In this document: positions 39,535 to 52,225 of the stretch, piece after piece
How the letters are laid out: each line of letters starts with the position of its first letter
Numbering within the stretch: the stretch's first letter is position 1
Assembly (NCBI RefSeq): GCF_018350175.1
Contig: NC_058383.1
Location: forward strand, 5,210,001-5,274,000
DNA: 64,000 nt
Direction: 5' to 3'
Origin: Felis catus
Lineage: Eukaryota
Position numbers and translations under genes: made by a program
Notes under the pieces: generated by a model
Told to the model about the DNA's origin: nothing
Seen by the model: only the letters and a program-made list of their open reading frames with translations
The model's database searches: none

Positions 39535-39712
39535 TTTTTTGTTTATTTATTATTTATTTGGGGGGGGGGGGAAGGAGGGGCAGAGAGAGAGTGAGAATGA
39601 GAATCCCAGGCAGGCTCCACACGCGGCTCCGCGGGCTTAGTGTGACTCATTTCCACAAGCCTGGCTGAAATCCAGAGTCGGGTGCTTAACCGACTGAGCC
39701 ACCCAGGCACCC
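39535..39712 (-). mobile_element. Can-SINE inside L1 fragments
   Basis: Reverse SINE consensus. Confidence 0.85.
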
Positions 39713-40035
39713 TGATAAATTTTGTGTACCGTTTTACCACAGTAAAAAAGCCAGCCGGAATCTATATACTAGCAATATCTAATTAGAAAAATAACAAACA
39801 TAATCATGGGGTTAGGGTTAGGCTAAGGCTTTAAAATGCTAAGGAATAAATAATAAACTTGAAAAATGTGCAGGGCCTAAAACTTATGATCAAGGGTCCT
39901 AAAGAAAGATTTGCCGAATGAAAAGATTTTCTGAGTGTACTTCAGTTTTTAAAGACTATAAGTACAACATGACTGATCCCAAAGAATTCTTTCCAGAACT
40001 CAATAAGATACCTATAGTATGAAGATCAAAATAAA

Positions 40036-40240
40036 TTTATTTTTTTAATTTTTTAATGTTTATTTATTTTTGAGAGAGAGTGTGACTGGGGGATGGGCGT
40101 AGTGAGAGGGAGACACAGAATCTGAAGCAGGCTTCAAGCTGTCAGCACAGAGCCCAAAAAGGGGCTCAAACCCACAAACCGTGAGATCATGACCTGAGCT
40201 GAAGTCGGATGCTTAACCGACTGAGCCACCCAGGCGCCCC
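40036..40240 (-). mobile_element. SINEC_Fc
   Basis: Reverse SINE consensus. Confidence 0.92.
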
Positions 40241-40684
40241 AAGATTAAGATCAATTTACAAATGCAATGCAGTTAGTCCTAAAAGGACTCCCATGGCACT
40301 TACTAAGATGTTTCAATATGCATCTGTGCAATCAAGCCATTCATTAATAAACCCCAAACTTAACTTATATAGCTCCTATCTCTTGAAACAGTTCACACTT
40401 GCACTCATGCAGCAAATACCCACCTAGCATCTACTCTGGAAGTCAGGGAGAGAAATGATGTGTTAGTCCCTGCCCTCAGTGAACTTTAGGGTGTTTATAT
40501 AAAGCAGCTGTCAGCAACAAGTCCCAAAACTGCAGGAAGGAAATGGGGGGGGGGAATAATAGGATTGGGGGGGCAGATCAGTAGGAAAGGAAGTTCAGAG
40601 TGGGCTTTCCTGCAGCCCACCGAGACTGAGCCCTGCAGATTGAGTGGCAACGTGCAAGGTGAAATTAGTGGGGGCAATTCAGAG

Positions 40685-40846
40685 CAGAGAGACTCAGAGA
40701 CAGAGATGGGAAGAGCGAGTCGAGAGACGAAAGGCAAGGAAAGGGCGTGGAGCCCGACGCAGGGCTCAATCTCATGACAGTGAGATCATGACCTGAGTCG
40801 AAATCAAGAGTCGGACGCTTAACCTACTGAGTCACCCAGGTGCCCC
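40685..40846 (-). mobile_element. Can-SINE, partial
   Basis: Reverse head present, tail missing. Confidence 0.8.
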
Positions 40847-41069
40847 GTGTTTCTTATTTTTCTAATCCTAATTCTAACTCACCCTGGTGAGTATTTGAAG
40901 GAAACTTTGTCAGAACTCTCAGAAAAATTTCTCACCATACGGCTGAACTTGGCAAAAGATGCCCCAGGAAGAAGGCCAAAAGTTTCTCTGTTCGGAAGAA
41001 TGACAATCAATGTCTGACGACAGACTCAAGTCTCCACAGAGTTTACAAAAGACAATACTACTAGTTGTT

Positions 41070-41250
41070 AACCATTAACCAGAGGTTATTATGTGCCAGA
41101 CATTACTTCTAAAGATTTACACATGCTGATTTATTCAATCCTTGCAACTACCCCATGAGGTAGGTATTATAAGCATTTCCATTTTATGGGTGAGTTAAGT
41201 GAGGCAAAGACAGGTTAACTGGTTCAAGGTCATACAAGCTAATAAATGGA
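41070..41250. mobile_element. MIR
   Basis: ccccatgaggtaggtattat...ccattttatgggtgagttaagtgaggc. Confidence 0.75.
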
Positions 41251-41265
41251 AGAATCCACATTCTT

Positions 41266-41485
41266 TTTTTTTTATTATTTTTTTAACGTTTATTTATTTT
41301 TGAGACAGGGAGAGACAGAGCACGAACAGGGGAGGGTCAGAGAGAGGGAGACACAGAATATGAAGCAGGCTGTGGGCTCTGGGCTGTCAGCACAGAGCCC
41401 AACGCGGGGCTAGAACTCACAGACCGCGAGATCATGACCTGAGCCCAAGTCGGCCGCTTAACCGACTGAGCCACCCAGGCGCCCC
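41266..41485 (-). mobile_element. Young SINEC_Fc
   Basis: Perfect 15-bp TSD agaatccacattctt (41251-41265 and 41486-41500). Confidence 0.95.
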
Positions 41486-41517
41486 AGAATCCACATTCTT
41501 AAAGCTCCAAGCCGACT

Positions 41518-41668
41518 CTGTCCTGGAGAACTCTCTGTAATGATGATAAAATCCTGTGCTAACAGAGTGGCCACTGGTCACCTGCAGTCGTGGACTACTT
41601 GAAACGTGGCATGGTATGCCTGAGGAGGAACTAGATTCAAATTTTATTTAATTTTAACTAATTTAAAA
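41518..41668. mobile_element. MER3-like DNA transposon fragment
   Basis: gaactctctgtaatgatg...gtggccact...acttgaaacgtggc...ttttatttaattttaactaatttaaa. Confidence 0.65.
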
Positions 41669-41669
41669 T

Positions 41670-42030
41670 CTTTAACATGTATTCATTTTTGAGAGACAGA
41701 GAAAGACAGAGTGCGAGCGGGGGAGGGGCAGAGAGAGGGGGAGACACAGAATCCCAAGCAGGCTCCAGGCTCCGAGCCGTCAGCACAGAGCCTGACATGG
41801 GGCTCGAACCTGATCTGGAGTCAGAGGCTCAACGGACTGAGCCACCCAGGTACCTCTAAGCATTCAACTCTTGAACTTGGCTCAGGTCATGATCTCACGG
41901 TTTGTGAGATTGAGCCCCGCATCAGCTTGGGATTCTCTCCCTCTGTCTCTGCCCCTCCCTGACTCATGTGCACGTGCTCGCTCTCTCTCTCTCTCTCTCT
42001 CAAAATCAATAAATAAACATTAAAAAAAAA
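41670..42030. mobile_element. Head-to-head Can-SINE pair (minus 41670-41854, plus 41857-42030)
   Basis: Opposite orientations; second head truncated. Confidence 0.85.
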
Positions 42031-42257
42031 ACATACTGCAAGAAACAACTTAAGTGAGAGAACGTCTAAGACCATGAAATACATACAGCTCAGATGAAGG
42101 GAAGGGAGAAATCTGGTAACAATTACAAAATGTGGACATCAGGGAGGAGAGGCCTGGCAAATACATGAAATACAACACAGACCGACTCTGCCTGGGATCA
42201 TGGATTTTTTTTCTGGTCTTCAGCCTACTCTTGTGGGCTCTGAATTAGCAGTCGGGA

Positions 42258-42465
42258 CTAATGCTATCCAATAAAATATAAAGTGAGCCACATATGTATT
42301 TCTAAATTTTCTAGTAGTCACATTTAAAAAGGGTGTTTTTTTAAGTGAGATTAATTTTAAAAATATATTTGATTTAATCCAAAACACTCCAAATATTATC
42401 ATCTTAACATGTGGTATGAGCCACATTTCAGGTTGGCAGTGACTGGCCTAGTGGATAGTAAAGGT
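42258..42465. mobile_element. MER33-like DNA transposon
   Basis: tccaataaaatataaagtgagccacatatgt...aaattttctagtagtcacattt. Confidence 0.7.
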
Positions 42466-42719
42466 CTGTGGAATACTAATCATCAGTTTAAAAAAGAAAC
42501 TATTCTACATCACCTAGTGGGCAGAAGTTCCATAAGGCACATTATCCAGCGATAAAAGCAAGCCGCGGAACTCTCCATATATAAGAAACCCCAAAACTCT
42601 TTAAGCACTATATCTCGAGTTTCCATGATATTCAATAACTTAACAGAAACTCCTTAGAGATGGCTCCATTGGAGACTATCATCATATTTATAGAGCGTAC
42701 CCAGGAATTTTTACTTCAT

Positions 42720-43665
42720 TGCTTTTTTTTAAAGTGTGGTAAAATACAACGTAAAACCTCTTATTTGGACCATTTTAAAGATTTTTTATTTTGAAGCAAT
42801 CTCTCTCTACCCAACATGGACCTCAAACTCACAACCCCAAGGTCAAGAGTGGCACACTCCACCGATCGAGCCAGCCACGCGCCCCTCATTTTGACCATTT
42901 TAAAGTGTGCAATTTAGTGACATTAGGTACATTCACAATGTTATGCAACCATCAACACTTACTAGTTCCAGGATTTTTTTTTTCACTACCCTAAAGTGGA
43001 AACCTCCTGCACATTAAGCAGTCACTCCCTGTTTTCTCCATACACCAGCCCCTGGCAACCATTGTATCTGGCTTCTGTTATATCTTCATCTCTTACATCT
43101 GGCTTCTTTCACGTAGCATGTTTTCCAGGTCTGTGCACACTGTGGAATATATCAGTATTTCATTCCCTTTTATGACTGCATCATATTCCATTATACGGAC
43201 ACAACACATTTTATTCATCCGTTCTTCTGTTGATAGACATTTGGGCTCTTCCTGCCTTTTGGGCGTCATGAACAGAGCAGCTAGGACCCTTGTGTACAAG
43301 TTTTAGTTTGAACACCTTTTTTCAATTCTTTTGGGTGTGTGTGTACCTAGGAGTGGAATCTCTGGGTCATGTGGCCAGATCTGTGTTTAACTTATTGAGG
43401 AACCATTACGCCATTTTCCACAGTGACTGCACCAGTTTATATTCCCACCTGCAGCGTTTGAGGGCTCTGATTTCTTTGCATCCTTGCCAACACGTGTTAT
43501 TTTCTTTATGCTTTTCCTAGTGGGCGTGAAGTGGCATCTCGTTGTGGTTTTGTATTTCCCTAATGATGTCGAGCATCTTTTCACAGGCTCATGAGCCATT
43601 GCATATCACCTTTGAAGAAATGTCAATTCAAGCCATTTGTCAATTTTTAAATTGGGTTATTTGTG
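42720..43665 (-). mobile_element. L1 (L1MB-like) 3' end with a short SINE at 42775-42885
   Basis: Reverse L1 3'UTR/ORF2 end (KRCSTSL...TTTRCHFTPTR). Confidence 0.82.
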
Positions 43666-43674
43666 TTTTTTAAA

Positions 43675-43886
43675 TTTTTTTTTCAACGTTTATTTATTTT
43701 TGGGACAGAGAGAGACAGAGCATGAACGGGGGAGGGGCAGAGAGAGAGGGAGACACAGAATCGGAAACAGGCTCCAGGCTCCGAGCCATCAGCCCAGAGC
43801 CCGACGCGGGGCTCGAACTCACGGACCGCGAGATCGTGACCTGGCTGAAGTCGGACGCTTAACCGACTGCGCCACCCAGGCGCCCC
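43675..43886 (-). mobile_element. Young SINEC_Fc
   Basis: Near-identical to the 8531 and 13163 copies; a short + SINE follows at 43907-44000. Confidence 0.95.
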
Positions 43887-44805
43887 AAAAATATATTTTT
43901 TAAAAAGGGCACCTGGCTGGCTCAGTAGGAAGAGCATGCAACTCTTTATCTTGCAGTCGTAAGTTCGAGCCCCATGTTGGGTGTAGAGATTAGTTTTAAA
44001 AAATGATAATAAATGAACTTAAAAATATATTTAAAAGAAATGTATTGTTTAACTTATATATTTGGTGAATGCTCTAGTTTTCCTTCCAGATTTCTTGTTT
44101 CATTCTATTGTGGTCAGAGAAGATATTTTGTGTGATTCCAGTTCTGTTAAATTTATTGTGACTTAACATATAGTCTGCCCTGGGGTGCCTGGGTGGCTCA
44201 GTTGGTTGAGTGTCCAACTTTTAATTTTAGTTCAGGTTGTAGCCTCACAGTTGTGAGACTGAGCCCCTCGTGTAGGGTTCCGCTCAGTGTGGAGCCTGCT
44301 TGAGATTCTCTCTCCCTTTCCCTCTGCCCCTCACTTGCTCATGCTTTCTGAAAAAAAACAAAAACAAAAACAAAAAACAAAAAACATACAGTCTGTCCTG
44401 GAGAATGCTGACTTATAGTTTTGTTCACTTCCTTTATTTTTCTGCTGATCTTGTTTAGTTACTTTATTCATTATTAAAAGTGAGGTATTTAAGTCTCCAA
44501 ACTATTATTGTTGAACTATTTCTCCATTCAATTCTGTCAACTTTTTCTTCATATATTTGGGGGCTCTATGAGGTATGTATATAATTCTTATAGCTTCTCA
44601 ATGAATTCATCCTTTTATCAATATATAATACCCCTCTTTGTCTCTTGTAACAATTTTGACTTAAAGTCTACTTTACGCGATATTAATATAACCACTCCAG
44701 CTCCTTGGCTATTATTAGCATAGAATATCTTTTTCATTTTTTGAAAATTTAAAAGGTAGAGGGTGGAGTTTTGTTGTTTGTTGTTTTGTTTAAAAAAATT
44801 TTTTA

Positions 44806-45257
44806 GGGGCGCCTGGGTGGCTCAGTCGGTTAAGTGACAGACTTCGGCTCGGGTCATGATCTTGCGGTCCGTGAGTTCGAGCCCCGCGTCAGGCTCTGTG
44901 CTGACAGCTCAGAGCCTGGAGCCTGTTTCAGATTCTGTATTTCCCTCTCTCTGACCCTCCCCTGTTCATGCTCTGTCTCTCCCTGTCTCCAAAATAAAAA
45001 AAAAAGTTAAAAAAAATTAAAAAAAAAATAAAAAATAAAAAAAAAAATTTAATGTTTTATTATTTATTTTTGAGAGAGAGAGACAGAGCATGAGCAGGGG
45101 AGGGGCAGATAGGGAGAGGGAGACACAGGATCTGAAGGAGGCTCCAGGCTCTGACCTGTCAGCACCAAGCCTGACACAGGGCTTGAACCCCAAACTGTAG
45201 GATCATGGCCTGAGCCAAAGTTGGACGCTTAATTGACTGACCAACCCAGGCTCCCCT
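44806..45257. mobile_element. Tail-to-tail inverted SINEC pair
   Basis: + copy 44806-45047 abuts - copy 45048-45257. Confidence 0.92.
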
Positions 45258-45323
45258 GTTGTTGTTTTTTAAATACCTTCTGCCAATCTCTGCCTTTTAA
45301 TCGGAGAGCTTAACCCATTGCAT

Positions 45324-45358
<35 letters not shown>

Positions 45359-47156
45359 TTTGAAAGAGAGAGAGAGCAAGGGAGGTATAGATGGAGCTAA
45401 GGAGAGAATCTCAAGCAAGCTCCACACTGAGGGCATTGACCTGGAATTATGATTTAAGCTGAAATCAAAAGTCGGATCTTCAACTGACTGAGTCACTCAT
45501 GCACCCCAAACCCATTACATTTAGAGTAAGGAAGAACTTATTTCTGCCATTTTTTATGTGTTTTCTGAATCCCGTATCTTTGTTGTTCTTCAATTTCTCC
45601 ATTCCTGCCTTCTTTTGTGTTTAACTGATTGTAATGTTCTGCTTTGATTCCTTTCTCATTTCTTTTTCTATCTATATATTTGTTTACTTGTGCTCTTAGT
45701 GGTTACTTGGAGGACTACAATGAAAATCTTAAACTTATAACACCTTAGTTTGAATTAATACCAGCTTAGTTTTAAAGTACACATTTGTTCTTATATATTG
45801 CCATCCCTGACCCTTTACAGGCCTACTGTCACTGATTCCTCTTTATACATAGTTTTCATATTAACATAGATTTATAAATATTGTTTTATGCATCTGTCTT
45901 TTAAATAAACAGGAAAATGGAGGAGTCACAAACCAAAATAACAATAATAGTGGCTTCTATATTTACCTATGTAGTCATCTTTACTAGTGTTGTTTATTTC
46001 TTTGTATAGGCTTCAGGTTACTATCTAGTATCCTTTCATTTTGGTCTGTAGCACTCCCTTTAGCATTTATTTTTTTTTTAATGTTTATTTATTTTTGAGA
46101 GACAGAGAGACAAAGTGTGAGCAGAGGAGGAGCAGAGTGAGAGGGAGACACAGAATCTGAAGCAGGCTCCATGCTCTGAGCTGTCAGCACAAGGCCCAGT
46201 GTGAGACTCGAACTCATGAACCATGAGATCTTGACCTGAGTTGAAGTTGGATTGCTTAACCAACTGAGCCACCCAGGTGACTCAGCATTTCTTTTTTTTA
46301 AAGATTTTAAAATTATTTTTAAGTAACCTCTATACCCAACATGGGACTCAAACTTACAACACTGAGATCAAGAGTCACATGCTTCACCAACTGAGTTAGC
46401 CAGGCTCCCCTCCTTTAGTATTTCTTGTAAAGAAGGTCTACTAGTAACAAACTCCTTCAGCTTTTGTTTCTTTGGGAATGTCTTAATTTCTCCTTCATTC
46501 TTGAAGGATAGTTTTCCTAGGTATAGAATTCTTCGTTGACAGTTTTCTTTTTTCAGTACTTTAAATATGTCACTCCACTGCCTGCTGGCCTCCACGGCTT
46601 CTGATGAAAAATCTATTGTTAATATTGCTAAAGATCCTTTGTATGTTACAAGTTGCTTCTCTCCCTGTTTTCAAAATTCTTTTCATCCTTGTTTGATTAT
46701 CCTGTGTCTTGGTGTATACCAATCTGTGTTTATTCTACTTGAGTTCACTGAGTTTCTTAAATATGTAGATTACTGTCTTTTTTTCAGATTTGCTAAGTTT
46801 TCAATAATTTTTTCTTCAAATATTCTTCCTGCACCTTTCCTCTCTCTTCTCTCCTTCTGGGACTCCCATGATGTATATGTTAGTCTGCTTCACAGTGTTC
46901 CACAGGGTGTTTCTCTGTTCCTTTTTTGTTCATTGTTGTCTCTTTCTGTTTCTCAGATAGGAGCACTTTGCCAGACCAATTTTCACATTTGCTGATTCTT
47001 CCATCTGCTCAAATCTGCTGACCCCTTCTGCAAATTTTTCATTTCAGCTATTGTACTTTTAATCTCTAAAATCCCTATTTTCTTCCACTTTATAATGTCT
47101 GTCTCTTTATTGATATTCCATATTTATTAAGACATCACCCTCTTGGTTTTCTTCAG

Positions 47157-47158
<2 letters not shown>

Positions 47159-47202
<44 letters not shown>
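47159..47202. repeat. (TG)n microsatellite
   Basis: About 22 units. Confidence 0.95.
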
Positions 47203-47204
<2 letters not shown>

Positions 47205-47280
47205 TAGTTTCCTTTAGCTCTTGGAGCATATTTAAGACAGCTGCTTTAAAGTCTGTGTTTTCTCAGGGACAGTTTCTGTT

Positions 47281-48028
47281 TGTGGTATTTTGATTGTATA
47301 ATTTTAAAAAAATTAGTTTCCATCCCCATTCATGGCACAGGGTTCCTAAAACTCTTGTAATTTTCTAATTGATAAGAGCAGTAGGAGCATCTTTTGTTCT
47401 AATGAGGTGATTCTGGATAGGCTCCTGGATAGCTCCTGAAAGGGAGCTGGTCACCTGAAAAACCAGGCCATGATTAGAACCTCGGGACAGGGCTGAAAGT
47501 GGAGTTAATGATAGATCATGCCCATATGAGGAAGCCTCCCTAAAATCCCAATAGTATGGGGCTCGGAGAGCTTCCAGGCTGGTGAACACATGTAAGTGCC
47601 AGGATGGAGATGCACCCTAACTCCATGGGGACAGAAGATCCTCTAGAGTTCACTCTATGCATTTCTTCATCTGGCTGTTCATCTGTGTCCCTTATTATAT
47701 CATTCAATAAACTGGTAAGTACAAGTGTTTCCCTGAGTTCTATGATCTGCTCTAAAAATAATTGAATCCAAGGTGGTGGGGGGGGTCACAAGAACATCTG
47801 ATTTGTAGCCAAGTTGGACAGAAGTTGTGAATAACCTGGGGACCTGCTATCTCCAGATAGACAGTGTCAGAATGGAGTTAAATTGTGGAACACCCAGGTA
47901 GTGTCATGGAATTGGTTGGTGTGAGAATAAACTCAGTACATCTGGTGTCAGAAGTGTTGTCAGTGTGGCCATTGTATGAGAGTAAAGGAGAAACACAGTA
48001 AAGGAGTGATATGGATTTCCCCTATTCA
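47281..48028 (+). mobile_element. Solo LTR, MER21-like (ERVL class)
   Basis: TG...CA termini, 5-bp TSD CTGTT on both sides, AATAAA at ~47706, MER21-like gagagcttccaggctggtgaacac. Confidence 0.85.
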
Positions 48029-49695
48029 CTGTTCATTTTTTTGGTCCTGGGAATGGCCCATACTTTCTTGTATGTTTGCATGCTTCTCCTTTTTCATTAA
48101 AAATTGGATATGTTGGGTGCCTGAGTGGCTCAGTCGGTTAAGCGTCTGACTTTGGCTCAGGTCATGATCTCATGGTTTGTGAGTTCAAGCCCCATGTCAG
48201 GCTCTGGGCTGACAGCTCAGAGCCTGGAGCCCGCTTCAGATTCTGTGTCTCCCTCTGTCTGCCCCTCCGCTGCTTGCACTCTGTCTCTCGCATTGTCTCA
48301 AAAATAAATAAACATTAAATTTTTTTTTTAAACATTGGATATGTTGAGTATTGTTTTAAAAAAAAAGAAAGAAAAGAAAGAACAAAAGGCTCCCTAGTTC
48401 CTTACAGTTTGGCTCTGTGTTGGGGCATTCCTTCAACAATTAGCCAGGCTGTTTACAACTCTGCCTCAGCCTTCACATCCTGATTACGCAGAGTCTAATG
48501 ACCAGCCAGCAGTGAAAGCTTATGATCTTCCCAGGTCTTTGCTGAGCATGCATCCTGCCCTGGCCATGCACATGGATTTCTAGGTTGCCCAGTATGTGAC
48601 AGAGTTTTTCAAAGCCCTTTTCCCCAAAGTTTCTCACTTTACAGCTTTTTCTCCCCAGCGTTGTCTATTGTTTATCTCAACAGTTATTTTTTGCCCCGTT
48701 GGTGGCTTGTCCATTTGGTTTTCATTCTTTTCCAGTAACGTCCTCCATGTAGCCATGGCCATCTTTCCACCCTGAGAGAGTTTTAGTTTTAGATTGGGAA
48801 GAACAAAGGCATGTCCCTTGTGTCAGTCCTTCAGGCAAGTCAAAAAAGACCTACAGAATTCCTCCAGATCAAGGTCTCCTGAAATCCTGGACTAGATGCG
48901 CACATTGGGAAGGCTGGCTGCCTTCAAGACTGTTGCTGTGGTCTCAGATGGGGTAAGGCTAAGTTAGAAGGCCAGAACTGAATCCGAGACTGCTTCAGTG
49001 GTCTTTCTCATGGTTAAGCATTTGCTTGGTGACTGTAAACCAGTGACTATCTTCCAGAGTTTTTATAAAGTTGATTCTGACAGTTTTTGCCAGGATTTTC
49101 AGTGTTATAGGGAGAGACAGCCCCTGGAGGTCCCTACTCTACCATTTTTGCTGACATCACTCTTAAGAGGTTTTTTTAATGTCAATTTTTTGTTTGGGCA
49201 TAATATATAAGTGGTGTTACATATGGAAAATATGAGAAACGTGGTCACTGGGGGGTCTTCAGAGAGTTTGAGAAGCACTAATCCCCAGTCTCTTGGTTAT
49301 TCTAATACTCCATTTCCCCCCACTTTCTTGGGAAAATGGTGAAAACTATATATCAAGGTGACTTTGCATTGTTCTGTCATCCACACAGATGCTGGAATTG
49401 AGAGCAATCAATTGAGGAGGAGGATGGACAAAACACAGTCGGAGACTGTGTCCTTCCCATGAACATAAGGAGATGACAAGGGAGTCAGAAGACAAAAGCA
49501 GACAAAAGAGCAGTGATGTATAATGGAATGAGCTTTCAAATGAAGGAGGCAAAACACAAAGAACCATATAACATCTTAAATTTAAAATAATTTATATCTA
49601 CCAGGAACAAAGCCATAATGTGTGTTATTGCCATAATGATTAAATGTGGTTCTTGTGTTTTGGACCAATGAAGAAACACAAGAATAAAATAAGAT

Positions 49696-49696
<1 letters not shown>

Positions 49697-49739
<43 letters not shown>
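49697..49739. repeat. (GA)n microsatellite
   Basis: About 21 units. Confidence 0.95.
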
Positions 49740-49741
<2 letters not shown>

Positions 49742-50109
49742 CAATATAATCAATAGAAGCCTGGTCAGAGTATAAAAGATTGGCTGATTAAAAAAGATAC
49801 ATATGTAAGCCAACTGTTCTACATGAATTAATAAGAACAACTTAGAGCATGTTATGAGCAGTGACTCTCATCACAGTAGCTGAAAACAAAATAGCAAATA
49901 ATAAATAACAAATTGAAATAACTTACAGGATGTAAATGAAGAACATGACCAAACATAACCAAGGGAGACTTGCTAAATGATGGGGTTCTAACTCAATATT
50001 GAACTGGTACCATGTGGTTGGATTATAACTGTGATGAGACTGATTGCAAACGGATTCTTCCTGGAACATAATACATTGCTTATAAACTAAATATATAAGA
50101 CCTGTTTAA

Positions 50110-50302
50110 GAAAATGTTTATTTATTTTGAGATACAGCAAGAGCAGGAGAGGGACAGAGAGAAGGGGAGAGAGAGAATCCCAAGCAGGCTCCACACTGTC
50201 AGTGCAGAGTCTGATGTGGGGCTTGCACTCACGAACTGTGAGATCGTGACCTGAGCTGAAACCAAGTCAGATACTTAACTGACCGAGCCACTGATGTGCC
50301 CC
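50110..50302 (-). mobile_element. Can-SINE
   Basis: Reverse SINE consensus. Confidence 0.88.
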
Positions 50303-50715
50303 AATATATAATACCTTTTAATTGGGTTACAGGTGTAGTGTAATGAATTACAAGAGGATTCCTTCTGGAAGTTAGTGAGACTGTTGTAAATGTTGTCTAG
50401 GCAAGTAACACATTAAATTATGAGTACAGCTATGTGCTCTGGCCTTCTCTTCCCTTTCCCTCAACAGCTCATTCTTCCATTCATTCATCAATTTTCCATT
50501 TGGGCGTGTCCCTTGAGCATGCAAGAGTGTGTACGATACAGAGAAAAATGAGGAGCCCAGAGATGTATTTGGGGAGGAAAGAAGTGGAATTTGCTTCAAA
50601 AAAGTAATATCTACAATAAAGTGTACTAAGGGCTCTCGGGGGTGGGTACAAGCACTAGGGAAGTACAGAGTGGGGGCACTAACATAGGGAGAAGACAGGA
50701 GAGCTGTGAGGGTGG

Positions 50716-51333
50716 TGCTCTGGGCTGATTGTGTCCTCCCAAAATGTTGGTGCCCTAACTCCCACTGCCTAAGAATGGGATCTTGTTTGGAGACAGGGTC
50801 TTTATAGAAGTAATCGAGTTAAAAAAAAAAAAATGATGTCCTTGGGGTGCCTGGGTGGCTCAGTCAGTTGAAGGCCCGACTCCATGCTGGGCATAGAGCC
50901 TGCTTGAGATTCTCTCTCTATCCCTATCCCTGTGCCCTTCCCCTCCTCTTTATCTCTCTCTCAAAAAAAAAAAATCTAAAAAAAAAAAAAATGGGGTCCT
51001 TAAAGAGGGCCTTAATCCAATGACAGTGTCCTTATTAGAAAGGGAAATTTGGACCCAGACGCACACATGCAGGGAGAACACCATGTGAAAGTGAAGGCAG
51101 GGATTGGGGTGATGTTTTTACAGGCCAAAGGAATGCCAGTGATGGCCAGCAGGCCACCAGAAGCCAGGAGAGGGGCATGGACTCAGACCCTCCCTCACAG
51201 TCACGGAGGAACCAACCCTGTTCACACTCTAATCTTGGACTTCCAGCATCCAGAACTGGGAGAAGATTCATTTCTGCTGTTTAAGTGTCCCAGGCTGTGG
51301 TGATATGTTATGGCAGCCCTAGCAAACTAATAA
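50716..51333 (+). mobile_element. MLT1B-like MaLR LTR interrupted by a SINE (50844-50990)
   Basis: gggctgattgtgtcctcccaaaa...ttatggcagccctagcaaactaata; SINE TSD aaaatg..gtcctt. Confidence 0.85.
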
Positions 51334-51415
51334 AGGGAAGGAGGTAGTATGTTATGTACAAATGCAACAGGTCACATTTCATTACAGACCTAAAGAATAA
51401 GTAATAGAAAATCAG

Positions 51416-51645
51416 GAAGCATCTGGGTGGCTCAGTCGGCTGAGCATCTGACTTTGGCTCAGGTCATGACCTCACTGCTCGTGAGTTTGAGCCCTGCGTC
51501 GGGGTCTGTGCTGACAGCTCACAGCTCGGAGCCTGGAGCCTGCTTCAGATTCTGTCTCTGTCTCTCTGCCCCTCCCCTGCTCACATTCTGTGTGTGCCTC
51601 TGTCTCAAATATAAATAAATATTAAAAAGAAAAAGAAAAAGAAAA
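51416..51645 (+). mobile_element. Can-SINE
   Basis: TSD agaaaatcag. Confidence 0.9.
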
Positions 51646-51714
51646 TCAGATGAGGCAGGGGCTGGGGCAGGGGAGTGTTCTGGGCAGAAGGAACCAGATT
51701 TGCACTTATTAATC

Positions 51715-52225
51715 TGTTTTTAAATTTTCTGTATCTTATGATGTCTTGACATTTTAACAAGCTTGCTGGCCAGCAGAGACTGTCCCTCCCAGGCTTTGGC
51801 TAGCCAGTACTTAGAGATAGCAAAGGGCTCCATCAATCAGTATAAACCAAGTATACAGACCCAGCCACCTCCATATCGAATGAACACATACAAGCCAATA
51901 TTTTCTTGCCCCTAAAATCATCCCAGGGCCAGGTGCCAAGCCAACCCTATAGCCCAAAGCCTGCTGGAATGATTCCAACTAGCCAATCCTAAACCACTTA
52001 CTCTAAATAGAGTGGAAACCCCAGTAAAAGTTCTGACTCAGGCTCTCCCCCTCACCCCTGTCTTCTGCCACCTGACCACAACCTGGTGCTTCCCCTGTGG
52101 CCCTGCATGGTATGTGGTGACCCCCTCTCTGGAACCTGTGAGTAGAAGAGATTTCTTCCTTCCAAGTCTCAGGTTTTGTTTCCTCCTGTGGCTGCATGAC
52201 TTACACCCAACATTCGTGTTCTTTG
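51715..52225 (+). mobile_element. MER74-like LTR (ERVL)
   Basis: tgtttttaaattttctgtatcttatgatg...gagactgtccctcccagg...actagccaatcctaaacc. Confidence 0.75.

Larger units (their letters stand above)
44030..49160 (-). mobile_element. Fragmented old L1 (5'UTR/ORF1/ORF2 start) with multiple SINE and LTR insertions
   Basis: ORF1 C-terminus MEASRQWSDIFKVLKKENCQRRILYLGKLSFKNEGEIKTF at 46368-46595; SINEs at 44182, 44806, 45048, 45324, 46066, 46292, 48115. Confidence 0.8.

Noticed and set aside
39808..39828. Telomere-like GGGGTTAGGGTTAGGCTAAGG
   Set aside because: Only about two perfect units; compatible with chance
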